Positions 1 through 15,769 of a stretch of DNA of 64,000 nucleotides are shown in pieces. Each line of letters starts with the position of its first letter. Within the stretch, counting starts at the first letter, position 1. The position numbers were made by a program, and so were the translations under genes. Source of the DNA: Octopus vulgaris (lineage: Eukaryota); contig OX597832.1 of assembly GCA_951406725.2 (NCBI GenBank), positions 65,596,001-65,660,000 of the forward strand, given 5' to 3'. The notes beneath the pieces were generated by a model, which was not told where the DNA came from, did no database searches, and saw only the letters and a program-made list of their open reading frames with translations.

Positions 1-59
1 ACATCTCAATATTTGCTTTCCCTCTTGAAAAGGATATACCAGAAACGCTATCATATATG

Positions 60-94
<35 letters not shown>

Positions 95-354
95 CTTTCG
101 ATGCGCTATATTATATTTAGAAAGTAAATAGACTATTTTCTGCTTTCCCTTCTACTATTGATACAGTAACTTTCACTGTTGTTATAATATTTCAGACAAG
201 CATATTTTCAGAATATACTACTTTCGTTGGATAATTTCTACCAATGGTGGATTGTAGGAGACCACGAGAAATTTTGCCCTTGTTCTTTGGCAAGTTTCGT
301 ATATATTACTGTAATGTTTAAAATATATCACAATATACATAGATGCGCACGCAA

Positions 355-531
355 ACATACACATACATATATGTACACACACATAAACACACATATATAC
401 ATATAAATACATAATACATACATATATATATATAAATATATATACATATATATACATATATATATGTATATATATATACACATATATATATGTGTATATT
501 TATATAGATACATATATACATACATATATAT

Positions 532-595
<64 letters not shown>

Positions 596-672
596 GTATA
601 TATAGTTTTATCTATCTATAAATGGTCTAATATATACACAGCCTTGGTTTTTATCTTGTTACGCAAAAAATT

Positions 673-721
<49 letters not shown>
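355..721. repeat. Compound (CA)n/(TA)n microsatellite tracts
   Basis: Dinucleotide runs seen directly; they explain the YI/VC-rich ORFs. Confidence 0.95.
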
Positions 722-725
<4 letters not shown>

Positions 726-1515
726 AGTACCAATTCAAATTTCTGTCGTTTGTTTAGCAAGCATTTAATTTGAATGTGACCAATAACCTCACCTTTGTAT
801 TAGAGATAGTAAAATAGCGTTGTGGCTGTCATACAGTTTCCAAGAGCATAAACTGTGTCCTCGAGTTTAATAGCAATAACTCTTAGATTTTGAGAATGCG
901 ATAATCTCTTTGTTGTGCATAGGGAAATATGACTGACCAGGTCGGCAACTGTGTCTTACACAGCGAAATGAAATAATTTTGCACGTAAGCTAATCTATTT
1001 TCCATCGTCATTCGATGCTTTCATATCCATTGTTTTGAGGCACTGCCGTTGCAAAACATAGATCATGTTTTGAAATTATTGAAAGTATGTGCAAAATTGC
1101 TTCATTTTGATTATCTTACTCTCTTAACAGAAATATGATACCAGGCATATCATATCAGGTCAAACTTTACACATCAGATTGTAATAGGTAATATTTTCCA
1201 TCGCTTTCATAAACACATGTACATACACATACATGTTTGTATTTTTTACATTCTTTTATTGTTTGAATGGTGTCGATTGTAGGATTCCCGCCATGCTGGA
1301 CCAACGGATCAATTTATTTTCTTCCAGTTCTGTCGTTTTGTTGCTGGAAGTTGGTGTATAATTGAATTTGAATCGGTTGATCTTTCCTGAGAGCGTCCTT
1401 GAATGGTTGGCGGGTCCGATATCGGCAACAAACGTATATATAATAGTTACTACATTCTGATCTCATCCAAAAGCAGCGAAACAATGAACTTAAGAAATGT
1501 ATATATAATAATGAG

Positions 1516-1577
<62 letters not shown>

Positions 1578-3223
1578 CCACTCAATGTATGTATGTATGC
1601 ATGTATCTATTTATCTATCTTTCTATCTATCTATCTATCTATACATACACACACACACACACATATACATCCGAATATATATATGGATTTAAAACAATGT
1701 TTAAGGTTGAAAAATATCTCATTTCTGGACTGCATATCTATTAGTAAACACACATATTATAAATATCATTTACAGCTTTCTTCGCTATAATGCAGTTTTA
1801 AGAGATGGCGAGCCAATATTTCAGCGCCTAATAGATTAAATGTTACAATATATCCATCTATTCATCCGTCCGGCTGTCAATTCATGCATGCATACATACA
1901 TACATACGTTATACATACATACATACATACATACATACATACATACATACATACATACATACATTATACATACATACAATCCATAAGCTAGAAGGCAACA
2001 ACAGCTTTGACAGATCTGTTGTATCCCACGTAGAAGGATATACCTGATAAACAAAGGAGAAAAAAATACCACCAAACCACCATTTTGTGATTAAAAAATA
2101 TCGACTCTGCTTTACCCGTGTGAAATAGACCACCCACATTATCAGTAGCTGCCACAAAATGTCTACGGGACACTAACTGTCCCTGCGGCATGACATAGTT
2201 TCAAAGACTTTTTATGATGCGGGAAGGTTTGCCTTGGCGTATACATCAAAGGCATTTAAGAACGAGCAGGTATTTACACCTTTAAAAACAAGGAATAAAA
2301 GTAGGACACCTCAATAAAAACATAAATTCAATGCAAATATAACAGACTTGATATTGTTTAGTGTAACAGGGAAAAAACCTCATGCTCCGTTGAAGATATC
2401 GGCTGCCCAGCCGATGTGAATGTACAATTAAAAGTCCAGGAAAAAGAGAACATTTATATCGAATTAATGCGGTACTTAGAGCTCCTTTTACCCTGACTAT
2501 TATTTCTCATATATACTTATCATCTCTTGGTTCTGTACCGGCATTTTTGCACAAAAATCTAGAAATACTCGGTTTTAAAGAGAAAGAGCCCAAAAGTGAC
2601 TGACGCGGTTTCTCTATCACCAATTTGTTAGTGACACATGGAAGATTTGTTAGACATTCCAAAATTTCTCTGAGCTTATACAAATATATGTGTACCCTTG
2701 GATGTAAGCACCAACTCAACCGCATATTTACAAACACCGGGAACTAACTTTGCGTAAAACGTTTTGCCGTTACGTTAGTGATAATCTTGAACTCTCGCAA
2801 GGAGATCTGAAACTACAGATGCATACATACAGGCATACATGCATACATATATACTTACATACATACATATATACATACATACATGCATTCATACATACAT
2901 TCATACAAATATGCGTGCATACATACCAGCAAATATATCATTGTAGGTATATGAATAGCTTCATGAATGTACATATCGAATGCAGTTAACTGTGTTTTCT
3001 CCTTTGACCTTTTGATAACATGGCGACCAACGAGTTCGACGGTAGATATTTTCTTATCTTTCTCTTCAACGTCATTTCGACCAACGCTTAAAAAGGCATT
3101 CTATATCGGCCCAAAATCAGCAATTTATGAATGCTTCAGCAAAATATTGAATACAAAATGTATTCAATAAAAATATACTTTCAAATATTCGCGGATACAC
3201 ACACAGACATATTTGTGCGTGTT

Positions 3224-3273
<50 letters not shown>

Positions 3274-3284
3274 ATTTTTCATAA

Positions 3285-3447
3285 GTGTGTAGGAGTGCCT
3301 GTGTGGTAAGTAGCTTGCTTACCAACCACATGGTTCCGGGTTCAGTCCCACTGCATGGCATCTTGGGCAAGTGTCTTCTACTATAGCCTCGGGCCGACCA
3401 AAGCCTTGTGAGTAGATTTGGTAGACGGAAACTGAAAGAAGCCCGTC

Positions 3448-3499
<52 letters not shown>

Positions 3500-3693
3500 T
3501 TGTGTGTCTGTGTTTGTCCCCCTAGCATTGCTTGACAACCGATGCTGGTGTGTTTACGTCGCCGTCACCTAGCGGTTCGGCAAAAGAGAGGCTTACAAAT
3601 AATAAGTCCCGGGGTCGATGTCTTCGACTAAAGGCGGTGCTCCACCATGGCCGCAGTCAAATGACAGAAACAAATAAAAGATTAAAAGAGTAA
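3285..3693 (+). mobile_element. tRNA-derived SINE family A, with internal (TA)(TG) microsatellite
   Basis: A-box-like gtgcctgtgtgg, B-box ggttcagtcc, CORE-like tcttgggcaagt, 3' tail ggcggtgctcc...atggccgcagtcaaatga; six homologous copies in window. Confidence 0.9.
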
Positions 3694-4021
3694 GTGTGTA
3701 TGTTCTCTCCATGCATGTTGTCCTTTCCCCCTCCCCTCTGCCTCTATAGATATATGATATAACAAACTATGTATCTTGCTTTCTATGGAGATACACTACG
3801 GAAAACGTAATACTGTGGTATTCGTCTTGAGAAAGTATTTTGTATCGTTATAGGTTGCTAAAACGTATAGAAGTTTCAGTAGCAGAAGAAAGAGCTCCGG
3901 CAACGGCCGTAGAACTGCGAGGTCATACCAACGACTATGAAACAACAATAAGAGCAAAGTCTCAGAAAATAATTCCTGTCAGGAAACATAAGTAGTTACG
4001 TTAACTTTTTAAACTAATATT

Positions 4022-4214
4022 CTTTTCTACTCCAGACACAAGGCCTGAAATTTTTTTTTGGGGGGAACCAGTCGATTAGATGGACTCCAGTACGCAGCTG
4101 GTATTTAATTTATCGATGAAAGGTAAAGTCGACCTCGGCGGAATTTGAACTCAGACATGAAATACCGGTAAGCGTTTCGCCCGGCGTGCTAACGTTTCTG
4201 CCAACTCACCGCCT
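4022..4214 (-). mobile_element. tRNA-derived SINE family B (Meta-domain-like)
   Basis: Minus strand: tggcagaaacgttag A-box, gagttcaaattcc B-box, ctttcatc..gtcgataaattaaatacc-like body; flanked by ctttttaaac(t/a)aatatt repeats. Confidence 0.85.
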
Positions 4215-4231
4215 CTTTTTAAACAAATATT

Positions 4232-4625
4232 TTTTCTACTATAGGCACAAGACCCAAAATTTTAGAGGAGGGGAGCAGTCGATTAATTCGACTCCAGTAC
4301 ACATCTGGTACTTCATTTATCGACCCCAAAAGGATGATAGGCAAAGTCGACCTCAGCGTAATTTGAACGTAATTTGAACGTAATTTGAAATACCTATTTC
4401 TTTGCTACCCAGAATGGGCTAAGCACAGAGAGAACAAACAAGGACAGACAAACGGATCAAGTCGATTATATCGACCCCAGTGCGTAACTGGTACTTATTT
4501 AATCGACCCTGAAAGGATGAAAGCCAAAGTCGACATCGACGGAATTTGAACTCAGAACGTAACCGCAGACAAATACCGCTAAGCTATTCACCCGGCGTGC
4601 TAACGTTTCTACCAGCTCACCGTCT
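4232..4625 (-). mobile_element. Dimeric SINE family B copy
   Basis: Full monomer 4391-4625 plus partial second body 4232-4390; gcctttcatcctttcagggtcgat-like Meta domain. Confidence 0.85.
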
Positions 4626-5380
4626 CTTTTTAAACTAATATTAATGCGGTACAAACCTGCTGTTAACACGTTCTTCGTTGTGCCTCACTTATTAGAAGAA
4701 AAATAGAATTCTAATGAATATTTACCGATCAAATGATTGACAGAGAGTGTGGTTATTGAAACCACACAACGTGATACTGTTCCGGATAGGAGGTTTATAA
4801 TTTAGGTCCACGAAACTTTGGAATTGTTTATCGAAAATGACAGGCCGTTCGGCATTTTGGACTATATTGCGTTACTACGATCAGACACCTTATAATTAAG
4901 AAATAAATTACCAATAGCATAAATCAATATCTAAGATTACTATTTAAGTATTTGTTGAATACACAAAGAAAAGAAAAATCGTTTGCTTAGAAGCGGAAAG
5001 CGGAAAAGCGAAATCCGGATTAGTGACTCTGGGAAAGTTCGGCGGCGAATAATTGGATAAACGTAACTATACTTACTAGGAATTTTACCCATGTTACGGT
5101 TTATAAACTTAGCTTGCATTTACATACAGATATAAGTACATACATATATACAAACACGTAAATACAAATGGATGTACATATGTGTGTATATAGAAAAAAA
5201 TTAAGTTTGACTGCACTGTTTGTGTTGCTGCTCCGTTCTGCACAAGCTTTGAGTGGTATATGGAAGCATGTATAAATGCATCTGTGTGTAAGTGGGTGTA
5301 TATATGTGTGTGTATGTAGAGTGTATAAAATACAATCAACGATATTGTGCAAAAATATGTGTGGTTAAAGCACAGGGATA

Positions 5381-5412
<32 letters not shown>

Positions 5413-5534
5413 GTGTGTGTGTATGTATGTATGTAAATATATATATATAAATTGATAGATAGATAAATAAATAGATACAGAGATACATATATACATACGT
5501 AGATATATAGACATATATGTTTTTAAGTTTGTAT

Positions 5535-5569
<35 letters not shown>

Positions 5570-5570
<1 letters not shown>

Positions 5571-5755
5571 TTTATTTAAAGCAGCAGAAAATTCAACAAA
5601 ACCTGTTACTCTGAGTTTCCCGTTGAAAGGCAACGGGAAACTCAGAGTAACAGGTTTTGTTGAATTTTCTGCTGCTTTAAATAAAGCATATTACTCTACC
5701 ACTGGTATTTGAGAACTCTTTTTTCCACCTTGTTTCACATTTATGTGTTTACTCC

Positions 5756-5757
<2 letters not shown>
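5570..5757. mobile_element. Short PLE-type relic with perfect 56-bp inverted repeat, embedded in (TA)n
   Basis: 5570-5625 is the exact reverse complement of 5631-5686 (spacer aaagg); each arm contains the 3' half of a hammerhead, GAAA-ctcagag-TA. Confidence 0.6.
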
Positions 5758-5823
<66 letters not shown>

Positions 5824-6079
5824 TACATATATGGTGTTTACCTTTTCTTATTTCAATGAACGGATTCCGGTCACGCTGGGAAATATCCTGAAGTGTGTTA
5901 GTGCGAAAAAATCGACATTAGTACTTATATTTTTAAGTTTCTATCATATCTTCTCCGTTATGGCGAATTAAACAAACCGAACCCGATTGCGAAACGATGC
6001 CTTGGGTTAAACATATTTACAGATAAGTAGAAAAATTTATGGTGGATGGTTACATGGATAGACGGATGGACGTATACAT

Positions 6080-6129
<50 letters not shown>

Positions 6130-6777
6130 GCACATACACACACGCACATACACACACACAAACACCAGCGTCTACGTGCACCCGAGCATATATATATATA
6201 TCCGTGTGAGTCTGAATGTGTCTCAATATGTGCACGCGCTAATGTGCACGTGATTTGCCGTTGGTAATACTACAAAACAATTCAAAATAAGAAATATATG
6301 AAATTTGAATATCAGGCAAGGTCCAGAACCATTTATCTTAATATACACAGGATCTAGCGATTGCTAAAATCGAAACTAAAATGTTTCCCAACGTAATAAA
6401 TATTATTGGCTCATAAAGTTGGCTTCTAGCACCGAAAACTAACCTGATTTTATACAAAGCTATTCTCCACTCCAAAGCTAATTTGTAACTATTTATATAA
6501 AAATCGAATTGTTTCGGAGATAATTTCACTTGATATGAAAGCTACTTCAGATCGTAACCATATCAGTACATCTAGGTATATCGCCTGTTATTCACTTATA
6601 ATTGCAGAGTTTTCAAAGTGGTTTTTAGCTTTAAGAGATGAACTCTCATTTATGAGGATCATTATGTTTTAGTTGATTTAAAAATTCTCTAATAATAAAG
6701 TGTTCACTATATTTATGCATTGATACACTCACTATCGCGTATTCACAAACAGACACACTAGCACACACACACACACT

Positions 6778-6814
<37 letters not shown>

Positions 6815-7008
6815 ACACACACACACACATGCACATATACACACAATCGTCTTTATAACTAGCTGTACACCATGACTGACGGTATATTTGCCGCAAACCT
6901 CTTTAGGACTATGCTTTTCCCCATTTTCTGTAAATATTTAAAAACCAGCCAGAACTTATATATATTATTCGGTAGATCTAGCTAGCAAATTATGAATATG
7001 TATGTGTT

Positions 7009-7421
7009 AGGCGCAGGAGTGGCTGTGTGAAGTAGCTTGCTTACGAACCACATGGGTCCGGGTTCAGTTCCACTGGGTGGCACTTTGGGCATGCGTCTTC
7101 TACTAATGCCTCTGGCCGACCAAAGCATTGTGAGTGTACTTGGTAGACAGAAACTGAAAGAAGCCCGTCGTATATATGTATATGGATATGTGTGTGCGTG
7201 AGTGTGTGTGTGTATGTGTACCTGTGTGTGTGCGTGTGTGTGTATGTTTGTATGTGTGTTTGTCGGCCCGCTTGACAACCGATGCTGGTGTGTTTACGTC
7301 ACTTAGAGGTTCGGCTAAAGAAACTGATAGAATAAGTCCAGGGGTCGATGTATTTGACTAAAGGGGGTGGTCCAGCATGGCTACACTCAAATGACTGAAA
7401 CGTATGAAAGAATGAAAGAAT
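7009..7421 (+). mobile_element. SINE family A
   Basis: aggcgcaggagtggctgtgtg head through tccagcatggctacactcaaatgactgaaac tail. Confidence 0.9.
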
Positions 7422-7463
7422 ATACATACATACATACATATATATGTGTGTGTGTGTTTATGC

Positions 7464-7499
<36 letters not shown>

Positions 7500-8131
7500 G
7501 CAAAGTAAAAAAGAAAATGCACATTAGATATTAAAAAAATATAGGCCTCTTTTAAGAAAAGCAAAGCTATATACATGCAATTAGATGATTTGAGGTAGAA
7601 TTAGGAAGTATAAGAATCATTATTATGAATCATTATAGAGATTCAAATTCATACCGGTATCGTCAGTGCTGATCACTCACTTTGAATGAATACCGATTCC
7701 AAACGATGTTTGGTATAATAGTACCTCAGTGAAAAGATAACATGCATGGGATGGAACGGGGGTACTACTAACATCACCAATACCAATAACCCCACTAATC
7801 TCCATACATCTCATACGAACTACTTACATACCTTGCATGTAATCTTTTCACTCTGATAATCTTAGACCCAGCACCGTTTTGAATCGGTATTCAGGCAAAT
7901 CGGTATTCATATATATATCGATGTAAAGAAGAAGAATAGAAAATTCATTAGCACATCTTTAATTTTAAGTTACAGATCTTTCCGTACAATCTCCATTTGC
8001 AACGCCCGTTTATACGAAAATTCTGAAAGAAAAATAACCTAATGTTTGCGATTTTAAACATCGTATAAAGACTTTCTTTGACTTGCATCGAAATGTGCTG
8101 TTTCATCACGCGTCCTCCATACCTTGTTGTT

Positions 8132-8333
<202 letters not shown>

Positions 8334-8778
8334 TAGAGTGGGCCTTGCTGCATATGACAAAATGGTTTATGTACTCGTATTCTGGAGGTGCGTCAGCCAG
8401 TACAGGCAGAACCATTCTTACCGCAATTCCTCCGATGGAAGATATATTTGACCACACAACGGTATTAGTCTGCGACTGCTAAATGTGTTATGATCAATTA
8501 TATAGATATTTGGACAGTCGTCCGGAGTTAAATGGTAAGGATGTTGATGATATATGTTGAGGGGAGGCCCAGTTTATGACCCTAGTGTGTCTTCGCACTG
8601 GGAGAGAGATACAAATAGGAACAAAAAAACCACGAAGAGATGGAAGAGAAGGGGAGTACATCCATACACACACGTACACATCTACATACGCACATAAATA
8701 CATGCATATGTACATACAAGCATGCACGCATACACACACCCATGTATTCATACATACACACACACATATATATATGTA

Positions 8779-10111
8779 CAGTAATCACTCGCCATATCGC
8801 AGTATACCTATCGCGCCCTCAGTAGATCGCGGATGTTTTTGGCTAATATATGTAAATTTCTATCGCGCATTCCTCAGTATATTGCGGGTTTCTGTTTCCA
8901 ATAGTTATTGATAATTTTTAGATTTTGATTTTTAGATTTTTAGATTTTGTATGTGATAAAATAAGCATTTTCACGCCTAAAAAGGAATAAACTATGTAAA
9001 AATATAGTACAGTACTGTACTGAATCGCACATTAATTAATATATATTTTTAAAAAATACATAGTGTAATGTAGATGAGTAAAGAAAAAAATCGCGCATAC
9101 TGTATGGAAAATGGAACTCGGGAGGCGAGTGTGTGGTGTTATTTTGCATTTGTGTCTAACATTGTGAATTTATTTCAAGCCCTACGATGTAACCCAAACG
9201 TCCTGCAAATTCGAAGGCTTCTGGCAGTGAACCAAGAGCCAGAGAAGCTATAGCAGAGAAGGTGAGATACCTCGACATGCTTAAGAGGATTCAAACTTGG
9301 ATTTAAGGCTTAGAAAAATCGCGTCACAATTATAATATGTGGGAATGCTTCGGACTTTATGATAAAGCCATGGCTTATTTTTAAGTCCAAAAGCCCAAGG
9401 GTCTTCAAAAGCAAAAATAAGAACCTGCTGCCAGTATATTGGAAGCACATCTAAAAGGCTTGTATAACGAAACCACTGGTATCGGATTGGTTTCACCAGT
9501 GATTCATCTCTGAAGTCGAGGTTTATCTCGACGAAAAAGGACTGGAATTCAAAGGGCTTCTCCTCATCAACAATGCTGAAGGTCACGCGCTCCACCTGTC
9601 GCATGAGGGCGTACATATTGAATTCTTACCACCGAACTCCACATTGCTGATATATCAAGGGCTTTTAAGGCGCTCTCCAAAGTATTCAAAAGACTATATA
9701 GGAGAGGAAGAACTAAACTTTAAATGCCAGCTGGAAGAAATTTTGGCCAGATGCGGTCTACGAGCACAAAAGTTTCTCTACTGACGAAATTCGCCACTCT
9801 GCAGCAGATAAGGCAATGAAGATGGCAAAATTGCTAGATCTGTCGACGGACACGTATATTTATAAAAATTTGCTTACTTAGAAGAAAAGGCAGTTCCTCA
9901 CCCGCAAAAAAGAAAAGAAACGGGTACTCCTAAGAGTGTGCGTAGAGCTTATCAAAGTTTAAATATATAGAAATAATAAAATAAATATATGCAAATTAAG
10001 AGAATGATAAAATATGTATATAGAGAGTACAGTAACGTTTATACTTCGCGTATTTTCATGTATCGCAGAGGTTTTTGAAACGCAACACCTGCGATAGTCG
10101 AGAGATTACTG
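8779..10111 (+). mobile_element. Decayed Tigger/pogo DNA transposon
   Basis: TIRs cagtaatcactcgccatatcgc / gcgatagtcgagagattactg with TA on the left; remnant NRVTIIICGNASDFMIKPWLIFKSKSPRVFKSKNKNLLPVYWK..SDWFHQ..EFLPPN resembles a DDE_1 Tigger transposase, with stops. Confidence 0.85.
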
Positions 10112-10474
10112 TCTAGGTATGTGTATATATAAATATATACTTATACGTGCATGCATATTCACACAGATATATACAGACAAACAAATACTTATACATACAT
10201 ATATATATATATACACACACATATGCACAAAACACCCACCCAATCACCCACCCACACACACACATATATATATATACATATACATATATATATAACCACA
10301 TATATACCTGCATATATATTCGCACACACGTTAGTTGTAATTTAATTAGAGTGGAAATAAATATGAAATTTTATATCTTTGGACAGATATAAAATTATAA
10401 AAGTAAGGTTAAATTAATTGAAAAAATATTAGAAGTTACGGGAGAGGAAATACTTTGTTATTGTTACGTATGTG

Positions 10475-10513
<39 letters not shown>

Positions 10514-11030
10514 TTCTTCTCCTTCGCCTCCTTATTCCTCTTCTCCTCTCCTTTTCCCCGCCCTCTACGCCACTTTCAACTTCTCATCGTTTTCCTCCAC
10601 TCTCCTTCCCTTTCTCCCTCCTATCATTATAAGTATCAACCCTCTTGATTCTTCCTCAACCCCAAAAATAATATCTTCCCCACATGCACATATCTTCCCA
10701 TTATATACGTTTAAAACTTTTCCACGAAAGTGCCTCTCCAGCAGAGCTTTGTCCATACCCAATAGCTTATATATACGTCATGCTTGTTGAAAGCATACAG
10801 AAACATGTAGCATTTACGAATATTTTCATGATCGAATTGACATCGATCCAAATTTTCGGACAAAGCGATGATGGAATACCTATACGGATATAAAATGACC
10901 AGTTATATAACATAACCTCCGGTCACTGAGAAACAAGTATTGCCAACCGCGCAATATACAAAGAGCATTTGATGTAACCATCTGCATGGCATGCCATATA
11001 TTTGGAAATCAATGAATGCTGCATAGATTA

Positions 11031-11064
<34 letters not shown>

Positions 11065-11340
11065 TGCATTGTGTTGTGTGTGTGTGTAAAGACGTAAGTA
11101 GGCACAGAAATGCAAAACAAGGTGAACAAAATAATGTTCGAAAAACCAAGGTAATATGCTTTTTTTTTATTAATGACGCAAAAATCTTCACAAACTGTTA
11201 CATAGTGATCTATAATACGGTTCATCGGAAAATATGATGACAAATGTCTGACGAACACTTACGTGAAACACCGTTTGAATGGTTCCGAAAATTTTTTCGA
11301 CTTTAGAAAAATTATATGTATATGTATACATATATATGTA

Positions 11341-11755
11341 TACTCTTTTACTCTTTTACTTGTTTCAGTCATTTGACTGCGGCCATGCTGGAGCACCGAC
11401 TTTAGTCGAGCAAATCGACCCCGGGACTTATTCTTTGTAAGCCCAGTACTTATTCTATCGGTTTCTTTTGCCGAACCGCTAAGTGACAGGGACGTAAACA
11501 CACCAGCATCGGTTGTCAAGCAATGCTAGGGGGACAAACACAGATACACAAACATATACACACACACTTATATATATATATATACATATATACGATAGGC
11601 TTCTTTCAGTTTCCGTCTACCAAATTCACTCACAAGGCATTGGTCGGCCCGGGGCTATAGCAGAAGACACTTGCCCAAGATGCCACGCATGGGACTGAAC
11701 CCGGAACCATGTGGTTGGTTAACAAGCTACTTACCACAGAACCACTCATCCGCCT
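11341..11755 (-). mobile_element. SINE family A
   Basis: Reverse complement of the family consensus. Confidence 0.9.
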
Positions 11756-11758
11756 ATG

Positions 11759-11801
<43 letters not shown>

Positions 11802-11854
11802 ATATTTCGGAATGGTCATATTGCCAGTTTAGCCAATAATGAAGATATTTAAAC

Positions 11855-11916
<62 letters not shown>

Positions 11917-12071
11917 TTAGAGATAAAACCACTGTTAGGCAAATCAAGCAGTGAAAACCATAAGCCAATACATAAAATTAATGTAAAAATATAAAAGTTA
12001 AAATTTTTCCCTGTAAGTTTGGATTTTTTCCCTAATATTATTATTATTGATTTATATATATATATATATAT

Positions 12072-12112
<41 letters not shown>

Positions 12113-12135
12113 TTTCTAATATTTCATGTGTAAGC

Positions 12136-12184
<49 letters not shown>

Positions 12185-12942
12185 CATTGAAGGACGCATC
12201 TTTCGATTTACAATCTAATATAGTAGAACATTTAGTATATGTCTGTATGTATGTATATATATATATATATATATATCTTGTGTAGGTATATATATATATT
12301 GCCTGTTATATACATTATATTATTATCTTTATAATTTACTTCCATCTTTACTTTTTAATTGTCACTTTAATTTTAACTTTCCTATGATTTACAATTTTCA
12401 AGATGGTGTAATTTGGTTGTTCATTTTGAACCGATAAAAGGTTTTTTTTCCAATATTTTATGTATAAGTCTGTGTGTATATATATATGTAGTGGTATAAA
12501 TATCAATACACGAAAATTTTTTTCATCTCCATTTCCTCCCTTATTTTTATTTTTATTTTTATTTTTATTTTTATTTTTATCTTCCCTTTTCTCTTTTTGT
12601 CTCTTTCCCATTCTCCAAACACACAGAGAGACACACACACACGCACACGCACACAAACACACACGGACACACAGAGACACACACACACACACACCTACAC
12701 AAAACGATTATACAAAGTAGAAGAGTTCTTTGACCCCAAATGGCACTTGACCATCCTCAAAATCATAAAAGGTGTAATTTATGGCCTGCCTACCCACCAA
12801 CACACACTCAGTGACACCAAAATGGACAGAAAGCTAAAATTCTTAGAACTCCCTAGGGGGTCCTGCAGGCGAAAGGAAATCCTTCTTCTTCTTCTTCTTC
12901 CCTCTCCGTTCCCCTCTTTCTCTTTAACCTCAGATACAAACG

Positions 12943-12987
<45 letters not shown>

Positions 12988-13242
12988 ATATACACATGTT
13001 CTCTCTCTCTCACTTCCTCCTCATCCACTTCACCGAAACTCTATAAAATGATTAAATTCCCCACAAAGAAATTAATTTGATTTGAAAACCCCACTAGAAT
13101 AGGAGAAAGCGCTGATAATCTGAATGATATGATCTGAATGATATGATATATATATGTAAAAAATGTAATATATAAATAAATATCTATAAATATGAACCAT
13201 CCGATCTTCTGATTACCTCATTTCTTCTAATATATATATATA

Positions 13243-13461
13243 TACTCTTTACTCTCTCTTTTACTCTTTTACTTGTCTCAGTCATTTGACTGCGGCCATG
13301 CTGAAGCACCGCCTTTAGTCGAGCAAATCGACCCCGGGACTTATTCTTTGTAAGCCCAGTACTTATTCTATCGGTCTCTTTTTGCCGAACCGCTAAGTGA
13401 CGGGGACGTAAACACACCAGCATCGGTTGTCAAGCAATGCTAGGGGGACAAACACAGACAG

Positions 13462-13494
<33 letters not shown>

Positions 13495-13663
13495 CATATA
13501 TACGACGGGCTTCTTTCAGTTTCCGTCTACCAAATCCACTCACAAGGCATTGGTCGGCCCGGGGCTATAGCAGAAGACACTTGCCGAAGATGCCACGCAG
13601 TGGGACTGAACCCGGAACCATGTGGTTGGTTAGCAAGCTACTTACCACACAGCCACTCCTGCG

Positions 13664-13664
<1 letters not shown>
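13243..13664 (-). mobile_element. SINE family A (well preserved)
   Basis: Reverse complement of the family consensus, intact A/B boxes. Confidence 0.92.
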
Positions 13665-13723
<59 letters not shown>

Positions 13724-13827
13724 ATATGTATATATATATATGTATATATCTACCAGACTATCTTCCTATGTATCTATCTGTCTATCTATCAATCCATTTG
13801 TCTGTTTGTCTATACATCCATCAATCC

Positions 13828-13873
<46 letters not shown>

Positions 13874-13890
13874 ATATATATATATATATA

Positions 13891-13929
<39 letters not shown>

Positions 13930-14359
13930 AAATCTATATGTCTACCTGTTTGTCTATCCGCCTATCTCTCTAAAATATTTAGCTCTGTGGTGTGGTCATT
14001 AGTATTTAATTACCATCACTATCAGTCTCCTGCTCCCAACTCTCCTCCTCCTGCCCAACATCATCATTTTTGTCATAAGCATTGGAAGTCCACCTACTAT
14101 ATCAGGTCTGACGGTGTGACAGGAGCTACCGGGCAAAGGGACAGCGTCGAGTCTAATCTTTGTTGTAACACAGTTTCTAAAACGGGCTGCTCTTGCATGT
14201 ATGTATTTAATTAATATATGTCTACATCTCTCCGTACCTTTCCCACAAATTAGAAACACACTGTCTCTTGTTTTGCGCTACCAAATTTCGTTGAAAATGT
14301 GCCTGTATATACTTATATATTCTACACACACATACACACGCGCAATCATATAAACAGAC

Positions 14360-15516
<1,157 letters not shown>

Positions 15517-15562
15517 TATACATATATCTATAAAATAATATGTTACAATTACTCAATAGTCA

Positions 15563-15625
15563 AGATGAAACTCTGAGTTTCAGTTGCCGAAGTGGAAATT
15601 CACAACACCATCTCTTCAATTATCT
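15563..15625 (-). ncRNA. Degenerate type I hammerhead
   Basis: Minus: agataa-TTGAAGA-...cggcaact-GAAA-ctcagag-TT-tcatct; stem I 5/6, stem II eroded. Confidence 0.5.
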
Positions 15626-15769
15626 GGCCATCTAAAAAAACGCTATGAAAAAATACCGTTATATAAAGGGAAATTACTGTGTTATAATTATATAAAATAA
15701 GATTAAAATTTCATAGTAAAACATGGCTAGGCATACGCTTACATGTGCGCTCGCGGATCCATGTGCGTA

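Noticed and set aside
218-757. YI/VC/HT/LSIY-rich ORFs here and throughout the window
   Set aside because: Translations of (TA)n, (CA)n and (TCTA)n microsatellites
1978-2043. Minus-strand exon-like segment VYPSTWDTTDLSKLLLPSSLWI
   Set aside because: Its donor comes from a (GTAT)n microsatellite and no partner exons were found; it shows such signals can arise by chance
3285-3365. tRNA gene
   Set aside because: A/B boxes belong to a SINE head; no cloverleaf and it continues into the SINE body
12700-12875. KIIKGVIYGLP peptide resembling a LINE ORF1 (gag-like) fragment; similar unexplained peptide at 10565-10762
   Set aside because: Too short to assign without a search
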